From: Lama glama
Taxonomy: Eukaryota
Direction: 5' to 3'
Assembly: GCA_028534125.1 (NCBI GenBank)
Contig: CM052817.1
Span: 106,518,001 to 106,582,000, forward strand
Length of the DNA: 64,000 nucleotides
The notes beneath the pieces are model-generated. The model was given only the letters and a program-made list of their open reading frames with translations, did no database searches and was not told where the DNA came from. Position 1 is the first letter of the stretch, and every line of letters begins with the position of its first letter. Positions 11,621 to 24,759 of this stretch are shown here, piece by piece. The position numbers and the translations under genes are program-made.

Positions 11621-14380
11621 AAAAGCTTTTCTTTATATAATGAACTTAAGTTCATAGAACCTCCTGTGTTTCTCTCTTTCACACATATTTCTATCTCTGT
11701 TTGGCTCATAAAGACGTTGTAAAGTGTTGTGGTACAAATAATAGCTATTTTCATTGAGCAATTTTCCTTTTCCATTTCCCATTATTTTAAATCGACTGCA
11801 TCTTTTTTTTTTTTTTGAGAGAGATTCTTGGGACGCCAAAGAAGTAGCCTCAGACTTAAATGCACACACAGACACACACACACACACACACATATTAACA
11901 CATTATCGATTATTTTTAGCTATTCTTAACACTCACTCTTAGGACAAATCTGAAGAACAAAACATTAACAACTGAAACAGTATTTTGACATTGTTTGATA
12001 TAGATTATAGATACTAATTATTTTAAATGTAACTGAAATGTTTACTAGAAAATATAAATCCTTAGGATAGAATAAATAAACCTGAAAGATAAAAATCTTT
12101 ATGCAATTTTTAAAAAGTTAGATGTTATTCAAGAAAATAGTGAAAAATTATCTTAGCAATTAATATCATGAAGTAACTAGTCAAATTCAAGTCACTCCTG
12201 ATCTTATTTCATCTTTTCAAATATTTAATAATTTGTATTTCTTATCAACTATAAGTAAAATAATAGGCTAGCCAGCAGACTAATTGTTTTTCATGGATTT
12301 GAAATTTACCCTTTATTAAATACATGGCAAATGCTGATCAGGATTCATCTTATTGAGAAATTTATTTCCAATAAAATTATACTTTTTACCCTTAACAATT
12401 ATTTAGCAAGTTTTAAAGTAATCTATTTTGATTAATTGTGTTATCATTATAATATAGTGTTATCTAAACCTGGAAAAGAGATGTAATGCCTCATTGGTTC
12501 TTATCACAAGAAATAAGCTTAATTTAAATTTGCAATATAAATGTGCATTCATATATACAGAAGTACATTAATTTGTACATCTATAATTTCTATATAAGAA
12601 TTATTAGAAGATCAATTAAAGACATTAAATATGTAGGATTAAAATAATTATACTAACATTTGAAACTTATTATGTTTTATTATATGAAGATACTCTAAGC
12701 AGATAAATTGATTCACAATGACTTAAATTATTGTATATAAATCTTTAGAGGGAGGAGAATAGAAATAATGTTTAGGGTGAAAGAAAAATGTAAACTTCTG
12801 AATATTAATAATAAACTGTCAGTTTAAACCTGAATGGTGGTAGATATCAAATTGACCTGGTATTTAGATTCCACTGGTTATATTTTTTGAAATGATGTAA
12901 CCGTTTTATTTTTGAATGCCAATGTTTACAATATACCAAAATTACATCCCTGGGAGGTATTTAAACTTGTAATGGAAAATTTTAGGTGAAAACTTATGTA
13001 AATTTGTAAACTTACAAATGTATTATAGAGAGCATAGGTTTCAAAATTATTTCAAATGGAATACAAGTAATAATGATTGAAGACCTTAAATGATCTCTGA
13101 GCACATACATTTCTTTTCATTTAGGATTTTATGCTTGTAAGTCCATAGAAGATAGAACTTTCTAGATATTCTAGTTTAGAATAGAAAAATACTAACTTCC
13201 AAGGAAAGCTGTTTTACAACCTTCAAGACAAAATTATTCCCAATGTATTTAATATTTGTCAGCAAGTTATTTCCTGTATCTAGTGATTTGTGTTTGAATT
13301 TAAATCAAATTCTTTCTCTAGTAAAGGTATACAACTACTATCCAAATTTTTCTATTGAATAATCCAACATACACACACAAAATCCATTCCTTCCGTTTCC
13401 ATTTTCAACCCTTTAATTCATTTATCTAATTAAATCAAACTTCAAGCATCACTGAGAAATCTATGTAGCAAAATTGAAATTCCACTACTTTCTACTTGAA
13501 AGGAGTCTATAGGATTTTGAGCTTTTGTAATGCCAGATAAAGCTTAAATGAGGCTTTAAAACCAGATTACTTTTTGTGGGTGAAATCCTGAGCCTCTTTG
13601 AACTAGAGCTTACTCTCCTCTCTACCCACATGAAAGTGCATTTAATTCACAAAGAAAAACAGTGGATTTATTAATTTAAATGATTTGTAAACTGCATGTT
13701 AATGGTCAACTTACAGAAAAAAAGAAAGTATTTTTAGAGAACACAGCATGAGCTATTTGACCAGAGAGCAGTGGCAACCTTCTAGCATGCTAACAAAATG
13801 AAGTTAGGTATCTTAATTGGCTGAGATCAAACAATAACTGAAAAATCAAAGAACTGATATATCAGAAATAGGAGACAAGTTAAACAACTTCTGAAAATAA
13901 TTTCTTAGTGAACCTAAGGGTTAACGTAATAACACTAAGTCACATTTTTTAAAGTCATGTAAAATAAGTACAAAGGAGACTCAAAGCTTTAACATATAAA
14001 GAGTTTCAAAGTACATAAACAGAGTCAAAGATTCTGGAATAGTTTCATATGGCTCCAAATAACCTCCACCAGTTACCGTAAGGCATTCCTCCAAAGAACT
14101 TGCTTAGGAAGAAAGAAGCATTCGGTATATGAATTGATTTTTGTTAACATGTAAGATGACAAGTTCCCCTCACCTGGATTCTCAGATATGATCAACAACC
14201 ATGCCAAAACCATTTTTAGTCACTTCTGTAATTACTTGATCTTCTACCATCAAAGACCTCTGATACAAAGCAAAATGAGACTCAATTAGAAGACAAAATG
14301 GATTGTTGAAAACTGAACTGTTAGCAAAGAACAATTAGCAAGTTTCGCTGTTAAAGCATATTTAAATTGAGCTCAAGTCT

Positions 14381-14381
14381 T

Positions 14382-14415
<34 letters not shown>
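14381..14415. repeat. (TA)n microsatellite
   Basis: Visible directly in the sequence. Confidence 0.95.
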
Positions 14416-14416
<1 letters not shown>

Positions 14417-14417
<1 letters not shown>

Positions 14418-16890
14418 CTAGTTACTACTATTGAGTAATAATTCAAAAGCTTAGTGGCTTAAAGCAACAATAGTTATTTTATTACTAGTTCTCATGGTTG
14501 TGATGGTTGACTGGGCTCAGCCAGGTGGTTCTTGGCTGAGAGTCTCAGGCAGCTACATTAGGTGGCAGCACTGCTGTCATTACTGATACTTCGTTAGTCA
14601 GGTCTTGTGGTTGATGTGGTCATCTGGGATCTTTTCTGTGATCATTGTCTAAACATCCATATGCGACTACTTCTTGTTGTAGGTTGCCTTGCTTCCTTAG
14701 AACAAGGTCCATGTACATGTGCGGCAAAAGAACCAGAAAGAAACTGTCCAATGTCCTTCCCACCATGGTCGAAACCCACCCGTATGCAAAGGTAGAGAAC
14801 AGAGATCTCCATCTCTTACTGGGATCGGTGTTAAATAATTTAGGGACTATGTTATGAATCAGTCATGGTTTACACACTGGCAACAGATTATTCACATCTC
14901 TCTCACATAAAACATTTAGAAATCCAGATGATGTAAAACTTAATTGTCATCTTATATGATACAAAATCAATCCATATATTTGATGATCTTTCTTACCAAA
15001 GCAAGCATTTTGGCCCTTTGAGAAAGGGGAAGCATTTAGTCAATTAAAATCCTGTAATACTGCCAGATTGAATGATTCCATAAAACACAAAATAAATTTC
15101 AAGTTTTAAATCCCTTTCTAAGACCACTCAAATCTCTCATCAGACAGAACTCAAGGTCCAAAAACTTGCCATCTAAGTCACAACAAGTTGAGTTGTGGCT
15201 CTTGGTTTGGGTTTGTTGGGAACAGGTTTTTGGGTAAGAACTGCTGTCAACTTGAAGGCCTATGAACTGAAAAAGTTATGTGTTCTACATAAACTCAGTA
15301 CACAAGTATTATGTTAAGGCATTAAAGCAATAGACATTGCTGACCCAAAGGGGGAACTGGAGTGCATGGGTCAAGTGCTGCTCCCTGGGAGTGATTGTCT
15401 ATGGATTGTGGCTCCGTTTTCTGAGCTCTTGATGCCACCCATAAAGCCATCCATCCTTTGCCCATAAGAAAACAGACTGAACTGAATACTCAGTCTCAGC
15501 CAATTCACTGTCTGAAATTTTGGGGATCCAAAGATTTATTTTAATTTCATATTTCTCTTTTTTTTTTCCTTTTTCTGTCCAAGTTGGTGATGCTTCCCAG
15601 AAAAACAATATCTTAACAACTTTGTGGATTTTCTCTAAGTTTTACAGTTCATTCCTTTAGACAAAATGCACAGCTATAAATAACTACCATTACAGGCCCG
15701 TCTGGACCTTTAGCCCTCAATGAAACTGCTATAGGACAGCACCCTTGAGATTCTTAGAAGCCCTATTGTTTACAAAGAGGATTTGCAACACATGCCCTTA
15801 AGATTCATAAAAGGCCTTTTATCTCTCTAAAAGTTCCAATAAGGCACTAGTTTATATTTCTTTGAAGTCTTCACAAAGTACTTTATAGTCTTACCCTGGA
15901 TGTGACCTTGGCATGGAAGCTTTTTATTACTTTTTTCTTGGAGAATTATAGCCATCTGGAAAGGAGTGAGAAAACATTTTTTGTTTTTAATTTAGAAAAC
16001 TCTCTTCTTTAGATGTTTTTCCAATTTTACTATACAATTCCTTTTGTTTCTCACTTCTCCCTTCTTATCTGCAATGCATTCAACTAGAAAAAGCCATGTG
16101 GTATGGCTTCATTCTCTTCCTGGAAATCATCTTAGTTAGATTTTCAAGTTCCTCAGGCACATTTCCTATTTTCCATGTTATCATATATGATAGTGTCCAC
16201 CAAACTTTCTGCCAGCGAGGTCCTCCTTCTTCTGGCTTCTCAAATCATTTCATCACTTTCTCTTAAGCCCTCATGCTCACCTCATGACTTTAGACTTCTG
16301 TTTAGCCTCTCCTCATGGCCCTTGAGGCTTTCACCAAAACCCTCCATAACACCTTTCCAGCTGTTCCTTTGACCCAAAGCCAATGACACATGTTCTAAGT
16401 TGCTGTTACAACACTTTCCAGTACAAAAATCAGTTCAGTTACTATTGCTGTGAAACAAATCACCTCCAAGAAGTAATGACCTAAAAGACAGTTACCAATT
16501 TATTTTAATTGTTTGTTTCTAAAGATTGACTCTGCTCAGCTAAGCAATTCTCACTCAGGGTCTCACATGCTTTAATAGTGAGATGGGGGCTGGGTTGGCA
16601 TCACCACAATGTCTTTCTTCACTTGTCTTGTGGTTGAGGCTGGCTATCATCTGGGACCTCCTCTACTGTTGACTGGAACATCTCCACAGGTGGCTTTTTC
16701 ATGTGGCTGCTTGACTTTCTCAGAGGCTGGTGATTATGTTTCAGCATAAATCACCCAAGGCAATTAAATAGCAGCTCTGTCATATCTAGCCTCAGAGGTA
16801 CTTAGAGTCTCTTCCTCCATAGTCAAAGTCATTCAGATTCGAACAAAAGAAACACGGATTCTGCCTTTTGATGGAAGGAGTGCCAAAGAA
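14417..16890 (-). mobile_element. Full-length MaLR element: MLT1 LTR (14417-~14860), internal region, MLT1 LTR (~16430-16890)
   Basis: Two homologous LTRs (AGTTACTACTATTG...GTTGACTGGGCTCAGC versus AGTTACTATTGCTG...ATTGACTCTGCTCAGC); internal region ends in the MLT-int-like CACTTTCCAGTACAAAAATC. Confidence 0.85.
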
Positions 16891-17049
16891 AGTGAGGATA
16901 ATAAATAAAATAACACCACGATGGGAAAATAATAAAGTGAAATTTACTAGCCAACTCTGACATCTACCCTTGGTCCATTTCCATAAATTAAAGAGGTTCT
17001 TTGTTTACTGGAAAAGTAAACTTCAGAAAATTTGAAATAATTTCCCCAA

Positions 17050-17270
17050 AAATGTACTTCTGTTAATTGTGTTTGCTCTTGGTGAAGATGTAGTTACAGG
17101 GCTACTTGAAAAGGTACATGAGAGATGTGTCCGGGTTGTTAGTAATGTTTTGTTTCTTGACCTGGGTGCTGGTTAAACGGGTACATTCACTTAATGAGAA
17201 TGCATCAAGCTTTACCTCTAGAATCTGTGTCTATTTATATTTATAGGTATAATATTTCAATATGATATTG
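17050..17270 (+). mobile_element. L1ME-type 3'UTR fragment
   Basis: GGTACATGAGAG...GTAATGTTTTGTTTCTTGACCTGGGTGCTGGTTA motif. Confidence 0.65.
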
Positions 17271-17289
17271 CATTCAAAGAGTTTGTAAA

Positions 17290-18088
17290 CAGGGTTCCAC
17301 ATAAAAAGAGCTTGGAAATCTCCACTCCATCCTACTAACAAGTAAAAGCTGAACAGACTGAAAAATCAGCAACTCTACTGGGATCTGTTAAAGAGGGGAG
17401 GGTGCAGGGAGAACCACTGCCCTCAAGAACAGCGGGACAGACAGGTCAAGACTGAATCACAGCTTGTGGAGCAGAGAGGCACAAGCAGAAACTGACATAG
17501 GAACAAAGACTGGGGTAGGAAAACCTGAACTGCAATTAACTAATTCCTGGAAACAAGCTGCAGACACACCTGAGAGTTAAAAACTCCAAGGGGACCCACT
17601 CATAGTGAGACCTCCACAATAACTTGAGACTTACCTCCAGGAGACTGAGCAGGACCCCACGTTGAATACAGGAGAAACGTCTCCTCATACTTCCAACAGG
17701 ACGAGGGAAAAAGGAACTATTTTGAAATACACCAGAGTATTCTGTTCTTTTTAATGTCTCCTTTCAGGAGAAACTAACCAAACCCTAACCTGCTGGGGTA
17801 TTACCAGAGCATAACAGACCTGGAGGAAGGGAAATATCCAACTCCGGCTTGTTCTAGCCATGCTGTCCTACCTAAGGGAAGGAAAGAGACTGAGAAGCAT
17901 TTATGAAGTTCACAAAGCATTTTAGGGCAGTGAAAATACTCGTATGATGTTGAAATTATGGATCCACGGCATCAGAAATTCGTGCAAACTCATAAAATAT
18001 GCAATATCAAGGTAAACCTTGGACTTGGGATGATTATGATGTGTCAATGTAGGTTCACCAGTTGTAAGTATGTAGCACCACGTGGCAG
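17290..18088 (+). mobile_element. L1MC-type 5'UTR fused directly to 3'UTR
   Basis: 5'UTR-like GAGCTTGGAAAT...AAGCTGAACAGACTGAAAAATCAGCAACTC, then from about 17918 the L1MC 3'UTR TTTAGGGCAGTGAAAATACT...GTGTCAATGTAGGTTCA. Confidence 0.7.
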
Positions 18089-18339
18089 GTTGGTGTGTGC
18101 TGGTTTAGCGTCATATGCATCTTGCTAGAGCAAAATGGGTGTCAGGCCATCACCCTTCACACGAATTTTTGAAAAGAAACCTTTATTAAGGGAGCATCTT
18201 TGGACTCAGTTTTAAGAAACTTCTGAACCATGACTTGGAAAGTAGGCTGTGGCTGTGGACTTGAGCACAACCATCAACATTGCTGTTCAAGACATTGCAA
18301 TTCATGTCCATTCCAAGATGTAAACTTTTGTCTTTTTTT

Positions 18340-18439
18340 NNNNNNNNNNNNNNNNNNNNNNNNNNNNNNNNNNNNNNNNNNNNNNNNNNNNNNNNNNNNN
18401 NNNNNNNNNNNNNNNNNNNNNNNNNNNNNNNNNNNNNNN
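18340..18439. other. Assembly gap (100 N)
   Basis: Run of N. Confidence 1.
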
Positions 18440-19859
18440 TATATTCATTACCATATTAACCATTAATTTCTTGCAGAAACAAAAAATCCCAAACAAACAA
18501 AGTCATAATTGTGTTTAGTGAGAGCTTAAAGCAATGAATGGTTCTATTACAGGCTTGGCCCCAAGATGATCTATATTTCTCTGCATTCTGAAAGTAACTG
18601 TACATGCTTAATTTACTGTTTTGAAATATAATATATAATGATTTCAGAAACTGCCTCTGATGATTAAAAATGTGCGGACACTCAAAGTTTATATACTGGA
18701 ATTATTGAAATATACCTATATTTGATTGAAATAATTTAAAGCCCTACCACAAAATAAAGTTGTATAGTTATATATCTTGCTTTGTTAAAGAAAAGCTTTG
18801 TGTAAAGTGAAGTAAATTTATAGTGGTTTCGGATTCTTACTGCCAGGATTTCCCCTGACAAGAATCGAAATTTTTTAAATAAGCCAGCTTTCACTAAAGG
18901 ACGGTAGCTCAAATGTATTTGGATAGCCTTCTGCTTTTCCATTTGCTCACCTTATACATCTTACAGCAATTCCCACAGAAACATCCACATAAACCCACAA
19001 GTGAGTCACAAGGTGTGCTCGCAGTAAATCTGGGAGGCAGATGGCAAGCATTGCTCTTCTGACTTTGATCACTTTAGTTCCTCTTTTTTCTCTTCTTGGA
19101 TCTGCTTCAGCTATACTTTTTATAATGTTAAAATTATTAGTTTTTTTTTTAGTGCTTTTATTTTTATCTTCCTAGAGCCAGCCTTGGGACTTAAAAACAC
19201 TTTAACAGTGTAGCATCTTAGATTGTAGACTAAGACTTAGGACATAGATGCCTTATAAGCAACAGATTATCTGCTGGAGTTTGGATGATGAGATGTGGGT
19301 AAAAGGAAAAGAAATATAGATCTTTAAAAATCACCAGGTGGTATGGCCAGGGACCCAGATGGTAATTTGAGGTGTTTAAATGTAAGGAAAGTAAGAAACC
19401 AGTGCAATAGATTATAGTATTAGATCGACATGATGGCCTTATTTTATAGCCCAGCAATGGCTACCTTCAAGTGTAGCTAGTATCTATTACATATGACTAA
19501 AGGAATCAGACAGATATCTTAAGTCAAAGGACAGTTAATAAAATCCAGATATTTCAAAAAAGTATATGGGAGCTTTTTAAAGTTCTGTCAGACATGTTAA
19601 ACAGTTGGAGAGGATTTGCAGGTCTGATGTATCAAGGTAGAAAAGAATCCCCGTCTAGAACACAGGAAGTAAATATGGGTGCTTACGAGCAAAAATGGTA
19701 AAATGAGCATGGCCTTTTTTTAATATTTCCCTCTGGGTTCTCACATGGAAATAGAGTAGTAAGAAATGATAGTAGATTCTCTGCCATCTTAGGAATCTTC
19801 AACTTACTCCAGATAAATGGTCCAGCTCTAATTTCCTAAAAACGGTGACATTCCTGATT

Positions 19860-20310
19860 TTATTAGTCAGTGACCATTACACTGTGTGATAAAATAACCC
19901 TAACATACAAGGGTTTAAAGCAATGCAACACTTATTCTCATGGATGTACTGGGGTGGCTCTGTACCAGCTTGTCCTGGCTGCACTCTGAACATCACAGAT
20001 CTGAGAGTTGTCATCTCTTCTACGTGCCTTTCTCCTTCCTTCAACCAGTGGCCTAAGAAAGACATGTTTTTATCCAAGTGATTGCAGGCACAAAAGGAAA
20101 GACCCAATCATGATGACATATTTAAAGTCCCTACTTGTGTCCGATCCACTAGCTGGTCATTGATGGATTCAAGTTATATGGCAGAATCCTAATTCAAAGT
20201 ATAAAGAAATAGAATCCACTCTTTGTGACATCAACTGCAAATTTACAACACAAAGGAAATGCATATAGAGAAAAGTAAAGCATAGGGACCAATAATTCAA
20301 TCTACAACAG
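19860..20310 (-). mobile_element. Old MaLR LTR (MLT1J/K/L-like)
   Basis: TATTAGTCAG...GTTTAAAGCAATGCAACACTTATTCTCATGGAT start typical of a reverse-oriented MLT1. Confidence 0.7.
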
Positions 20311-20514
20311 TGGTTCCATCTTAGAAGTGAGCAATTTTTTAATGGAGAGTGCTGCAAAGCTAGTTTTAAATCCTTTTTGGATTTCATCAACCCAAGAAGT
20401 TTCCAAGGTTAAGATGGAATCTCTAAGACATTATTGAAAGGTAGAAGATTAACTTTACATAAGTTCTGTGTTCAGATCCTAAGAAGATGTTCAGAGAGTT
20501 CTGTGAAATATTAT

Positions 20515-20932
20515 TTCCATAGTCAGTTCAGACGGCTGTAATGAAATAACAGAGACTAGGTAGCTCATAAAAAAACAGAAATGTACTTCTTACAGTTCTG
20601 GTGGCTAGAAGTCCAAGTTCAAGGCACCAGCATGGTCATGTTCTGGTGAAGAGCTTCTTCCTGGCTCATAGCTGATACCTTCTCACTGGGTTTTCACGTG
20701 GTGGAAGGGACTAGGGCAGCACTGTGGGGTCTCTTTTAGATGAACACTAATCCATTCTTGAAGGTTCCACCCTCAAGACACAAACATCTCCAAAAGATTC
20801 CATCTCTTAACACCATTAAAGTACCATTGAAAACACCATTGAAGTACAGTCAGTTACAATACATCAGTTTGGGGTGGGTTTAGGGTTTTAACATATGAAC
20901 TTTGGGGGAACACAGACATTCAACTCATAGTG
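20515..20932 (-). mobile_element. MaLR LTR (MLT1A-like), complete
   Basis: TTACAGTTCTGGTGGCTAGAAGTCCAAGTTCAAGGCACCAGCA motif; perfect 5-bp TSD ATTAT (20510-20514 and 20933-20937). Confidence 0.9.
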
Positions 20933-22149
20933 ATTATTTTACAAATGTGTCTCAATTTAGAAAACATATGTCAATTTATTAAATATATTCAAATTGTTTC
21001 AAGCGTTCATCCATTCGTCTACATATACATGACACAAGTACAATAATACTACAGAAATATATAAAAATAAGCCCACTAATTAAAATTGCATATCCCTAAG
21101 TCACCTTCTCTATCTTTTTCAACCACAAGTGGCACCACAATTTAATATTACTCTGTTTCCCTAGTGAAATATAATCAGTTAAAAGTTAAGCTACTGGAGA
21201 CGATTGGCAGGCAGAGGTCTTCCAAATCATTCAAGAGGCATGAATATTTAGTAAATATACCACAAATAGATTCCAGGTGTATTGAGCTGGAAATCTCATA
21301 ATATTTTGAAATAACTTTGAAATGCAAATCTTAGTTATTTAGTTTTTCTAACTTTGTAGTAAATAATCACATGGAGATAGCAGCTTTTTAATAATCTATG
21401 TTCTCACTGCCCAGGCAAATTAAAGCCAATGGCATTTGATCAAGATCACAACATGACAATTTCTGTGTTATCAAACTCTTCCTAAGTTATTAATTATTTC
21501 TATACATATGTATATGTGTGTGTGTACGTGTGTATAGCTCAGTTTGCTATACATTGAAGAGTTTTCAAAATAAAAATCTATTCCTCAGTACATTTTAAAT
21601 TATTTTACAGAAAGCGGTAAAATTCTCCGGGAGCCAATGATTGATTCTTTAATCACTCTGCTAGTCCACGAGCATTATTTGATCACCCTGTTGCTCATCT
21701 GTGACTATCATTACTAATAGAATTTTCCCAGAATAAAGCAGATCCACTTTTCTCATTGACAGCCTTCCACAGATAGAAAAATCTTGTCAAATGTAATGTG
21801 TTAAAATTAAAAAAAGAGAATGCGAGACTACGCATAGAGCAGGTGGTATCTACTCAAGGAGAGAATTCTATTTTTATGCCTCTGATATGCATTTCTCCTT
21901 TCCTAAGTGTGACATTGGAGTTTCAGTAGAAGATAAAGTAAATCCTAAAAGGGAATAAAAAGTATTTCATGTCAAATCGGCAGTACCAGGCCCCACGTAG
22001 CATGCCTTCAATTTTATAATAATTTTCCCCCAGTTTGCAAGATTGTCTATTTGCATCTAGCTTTAAGTCAGTGCTTTGATTTTTTAAGAAATCCCTGTGA
22101 CTCTAGCAGTCACAAAGATACAGTCTTCCCTTAGCTTCTTTAAGCACTT

Positions 22150-22310
22150 GAATTAGTTGGGATCAAACAGCTTTTGCCTGGGTAGCAAACAACCCCAAAT
22201 CTCAGTGGCGTAATACAACCAAAGTTTTTTTTTCACTCACCAAAGCACAAAAAACTTCCCTGAAGCAGCAGGAATGCAAATTGCTTTAACCTTGTGGCTC
22301 TGTCCACTCA
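22150..22310 (-). mobile_element. Old MLT1 fragment
   Basis: AACAACCCCAAATCTCAGTGGCGTAATACAACCAAAGTTT motif. Confidence 0.6.
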
Positions 22311-23209
22311 AAAAGATTATAGTGTTGCATATACGAATTTGATAATCTGGTCTTTCCTACGATATTGACATCAATGTGTTTACAAACTATAAACTCACTG
22401 AATTTATAAACAGGAAGCACATTTAACTTTGCCACATAGAAAATATATTAACAAGTTTCTGCCCAATGAAAGAAACCATAACTTAGCTTTCATTCCAATC
22501 AGAAATTTACTTTTTAGCCAAGAAGTTCAAAATCCCTCCCTTTGGCACTGACCTGCAAAATGTAGTCACAGATACAAAAAATCAAGATTATACAGTCGTG
22601 CTACACCAGCAGGAAACCAAGATGTTACCTGTTGAAATAGAAATCAGACAGCCAGGATCTAGTAGAGCACATTGCAGGGAGAAAAATCTCTGTAGTCAAT
22701 TTTAAAAATACAAATTAAAAATAAATAAGTAAATAAAGATTAATGAATATGTTAAGTGAAGGAAGAAGCCTTTAAAAGGAAAAAAAAAAGAAACAACCTC
22801 ATTACAGAAAAATGTGGAGTAGTTTTCCCTAGCTCCCAAAAAAGGCACAAATCCTTGTGTTAGCGTTTGTTAGAGTGTGGGGTACTGAGGTCAACTGAAT
22901 ATCGTGTTTACACTTATCATATCTGGTATAGACTCAGTCTATCTCAACACATGCCTGTCTGTTCTTATTCACATTCATCAGATCCAAATTTAAAGAACTC
23001 AATCTGTCATTGATATGAACAAATGTCTTATCTTAAGACTGAATAAATCTTAGGGATGAGAGCAGGGAAGGAGATGCCCAGAAATTTTTACGGAATGTCA
23101 TCTTAGCTAGGCTATTTTCTCATAGGTTTATTGCATGTTACTTTCACCTGGATTTTCTGCAATTTTTCACGTGCAGGTACTGTTTCATATCTCCTTTTGG
23201 ATTTTGCTT

Positions 23210-23770
23210 ATTACTTAACTCCAAACTTTTAAGTGATCCTCAGGCTGAGCCTTGAGTCTCTTGAATCTCTTCTTTTTTTTCTCCCATTTGACCATTCCAA
23301 ACCTTGTAATCTCTCCTGTTTCCTGGCTTTAACATCTATATGACATCAAATCTATATCTCCTTCCTACGCCTCTTGTCTTAATTCTGGACTCAAACGTCT
23401 AATGGCTTACCAGATAACTACTTCAGTAATCAAAAAGATCTCACATTTAATGTGTTCAAATTTGCAATACAGATTTCCACTCCATCCCCAAACTGTTCTG
23501 TGTCTTCTACTCCTGAGTAAATGGCAAGCCAATCCCTCCAGTTTATACTGCCAAACAAACCTTGGAGGCATACTTTTTCTGACAATCCACATTCAATTCA
23601 AACTCACCTTTCAAAACAGGTTCAGATTCTGACTCCCCTCAGGACCACCAAGGGTAGTATCCCAGTCTAAAGCATCCATATTCTTATTCTAATCTAAGTG
23701 ATTGCAACTGCCTTCTAATGTGCACACCCAAAACCATGCCTGGTGTATAGTTAATACCTTTTTGCTACCT
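23210..23770 (+). mobile_element. L2 fragment
   Basis: CATCAAATCTATATCTCC...CCAAACAAACCTTGGAGGCAT...CCTGGTGTATAG. Confidence 0.65.
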
Positions 23771-24759
23771 ATTATTCATAGCTTCTTTTTTGTTTTTCTA
23801 TTTTCTCCATTGATTTCATCTGTGAGTTCTTAGTTCTTTGGACTCTCTCATATTAATATTCATAGACCACTGGTCCTTTTAATTAGAACCAAGGCAGTAT
23901 GGTAGTTTTAGACATCAATGATTTCATAGCAACACATTAAAAAAAGAGTATGCCAACAAAGCTAAAATTATGTCTTGCACATCTGCTCACTATAGATTAT
24001 ATCATATTTGTTTTCCAACAAAAGGTGATGTTAGAAAACGTCCAACTGTGTTTTTCATAGATTACAAACAAACTTGCTGCTAAATCATCGACTAACAATT
24101 TGTGCTCTTCATGAATTAATAGTACCATCTGTAAAATGAAAATCATTTTTAAATCTACCTGAAAAATCAATGAAATCAACAGCAAAAATCGTTACTTGTC
24201 ACTTTACCTGAAAATCTTGGCATGTTGACATTTCTGATGTGCTCAAATGTGAATTGTAAATTTTTCACTGTCAGGGGAAAAAAAAAGCCCTCTCTCCCAA
24301 ATTATCAAGAATTTTGAAGTTTAACAAAGAGGGGTATTTTATAAGTCAATGCATTTTATCTTTAATATAAAAATTCACATTTTAGATTGTTTGCTATGAG
24401 CCTTTTGTGACTCAACACTGTTAATATTGGAGTTAAGAAGGAAATCCTCAATTAATCCAAACAGGTAGATGATCTTTTGGTGGCAGAGAGGAGGCAGCTG
24501 AATTTTCATTTGTAAAGGGAACATGAGAAACAATAATTCTACACATAAAGATACAGAACCTAGAGCAACTGGAAAATAGTATAATAATGATAATTCATCA
24601 TTTATTGTATAACAGCTCTGTACCTTAAAGCTTGACAAGTTATTATCAAGATGTCATCCAATTCTTGCAACAGAATTTGAGTGTACATCTATTTAACTCC
24701 ATAGCCAGTATTCTTAACAACTGAACTATATTCACTCTAGAAATAATTTAATGTATAAA

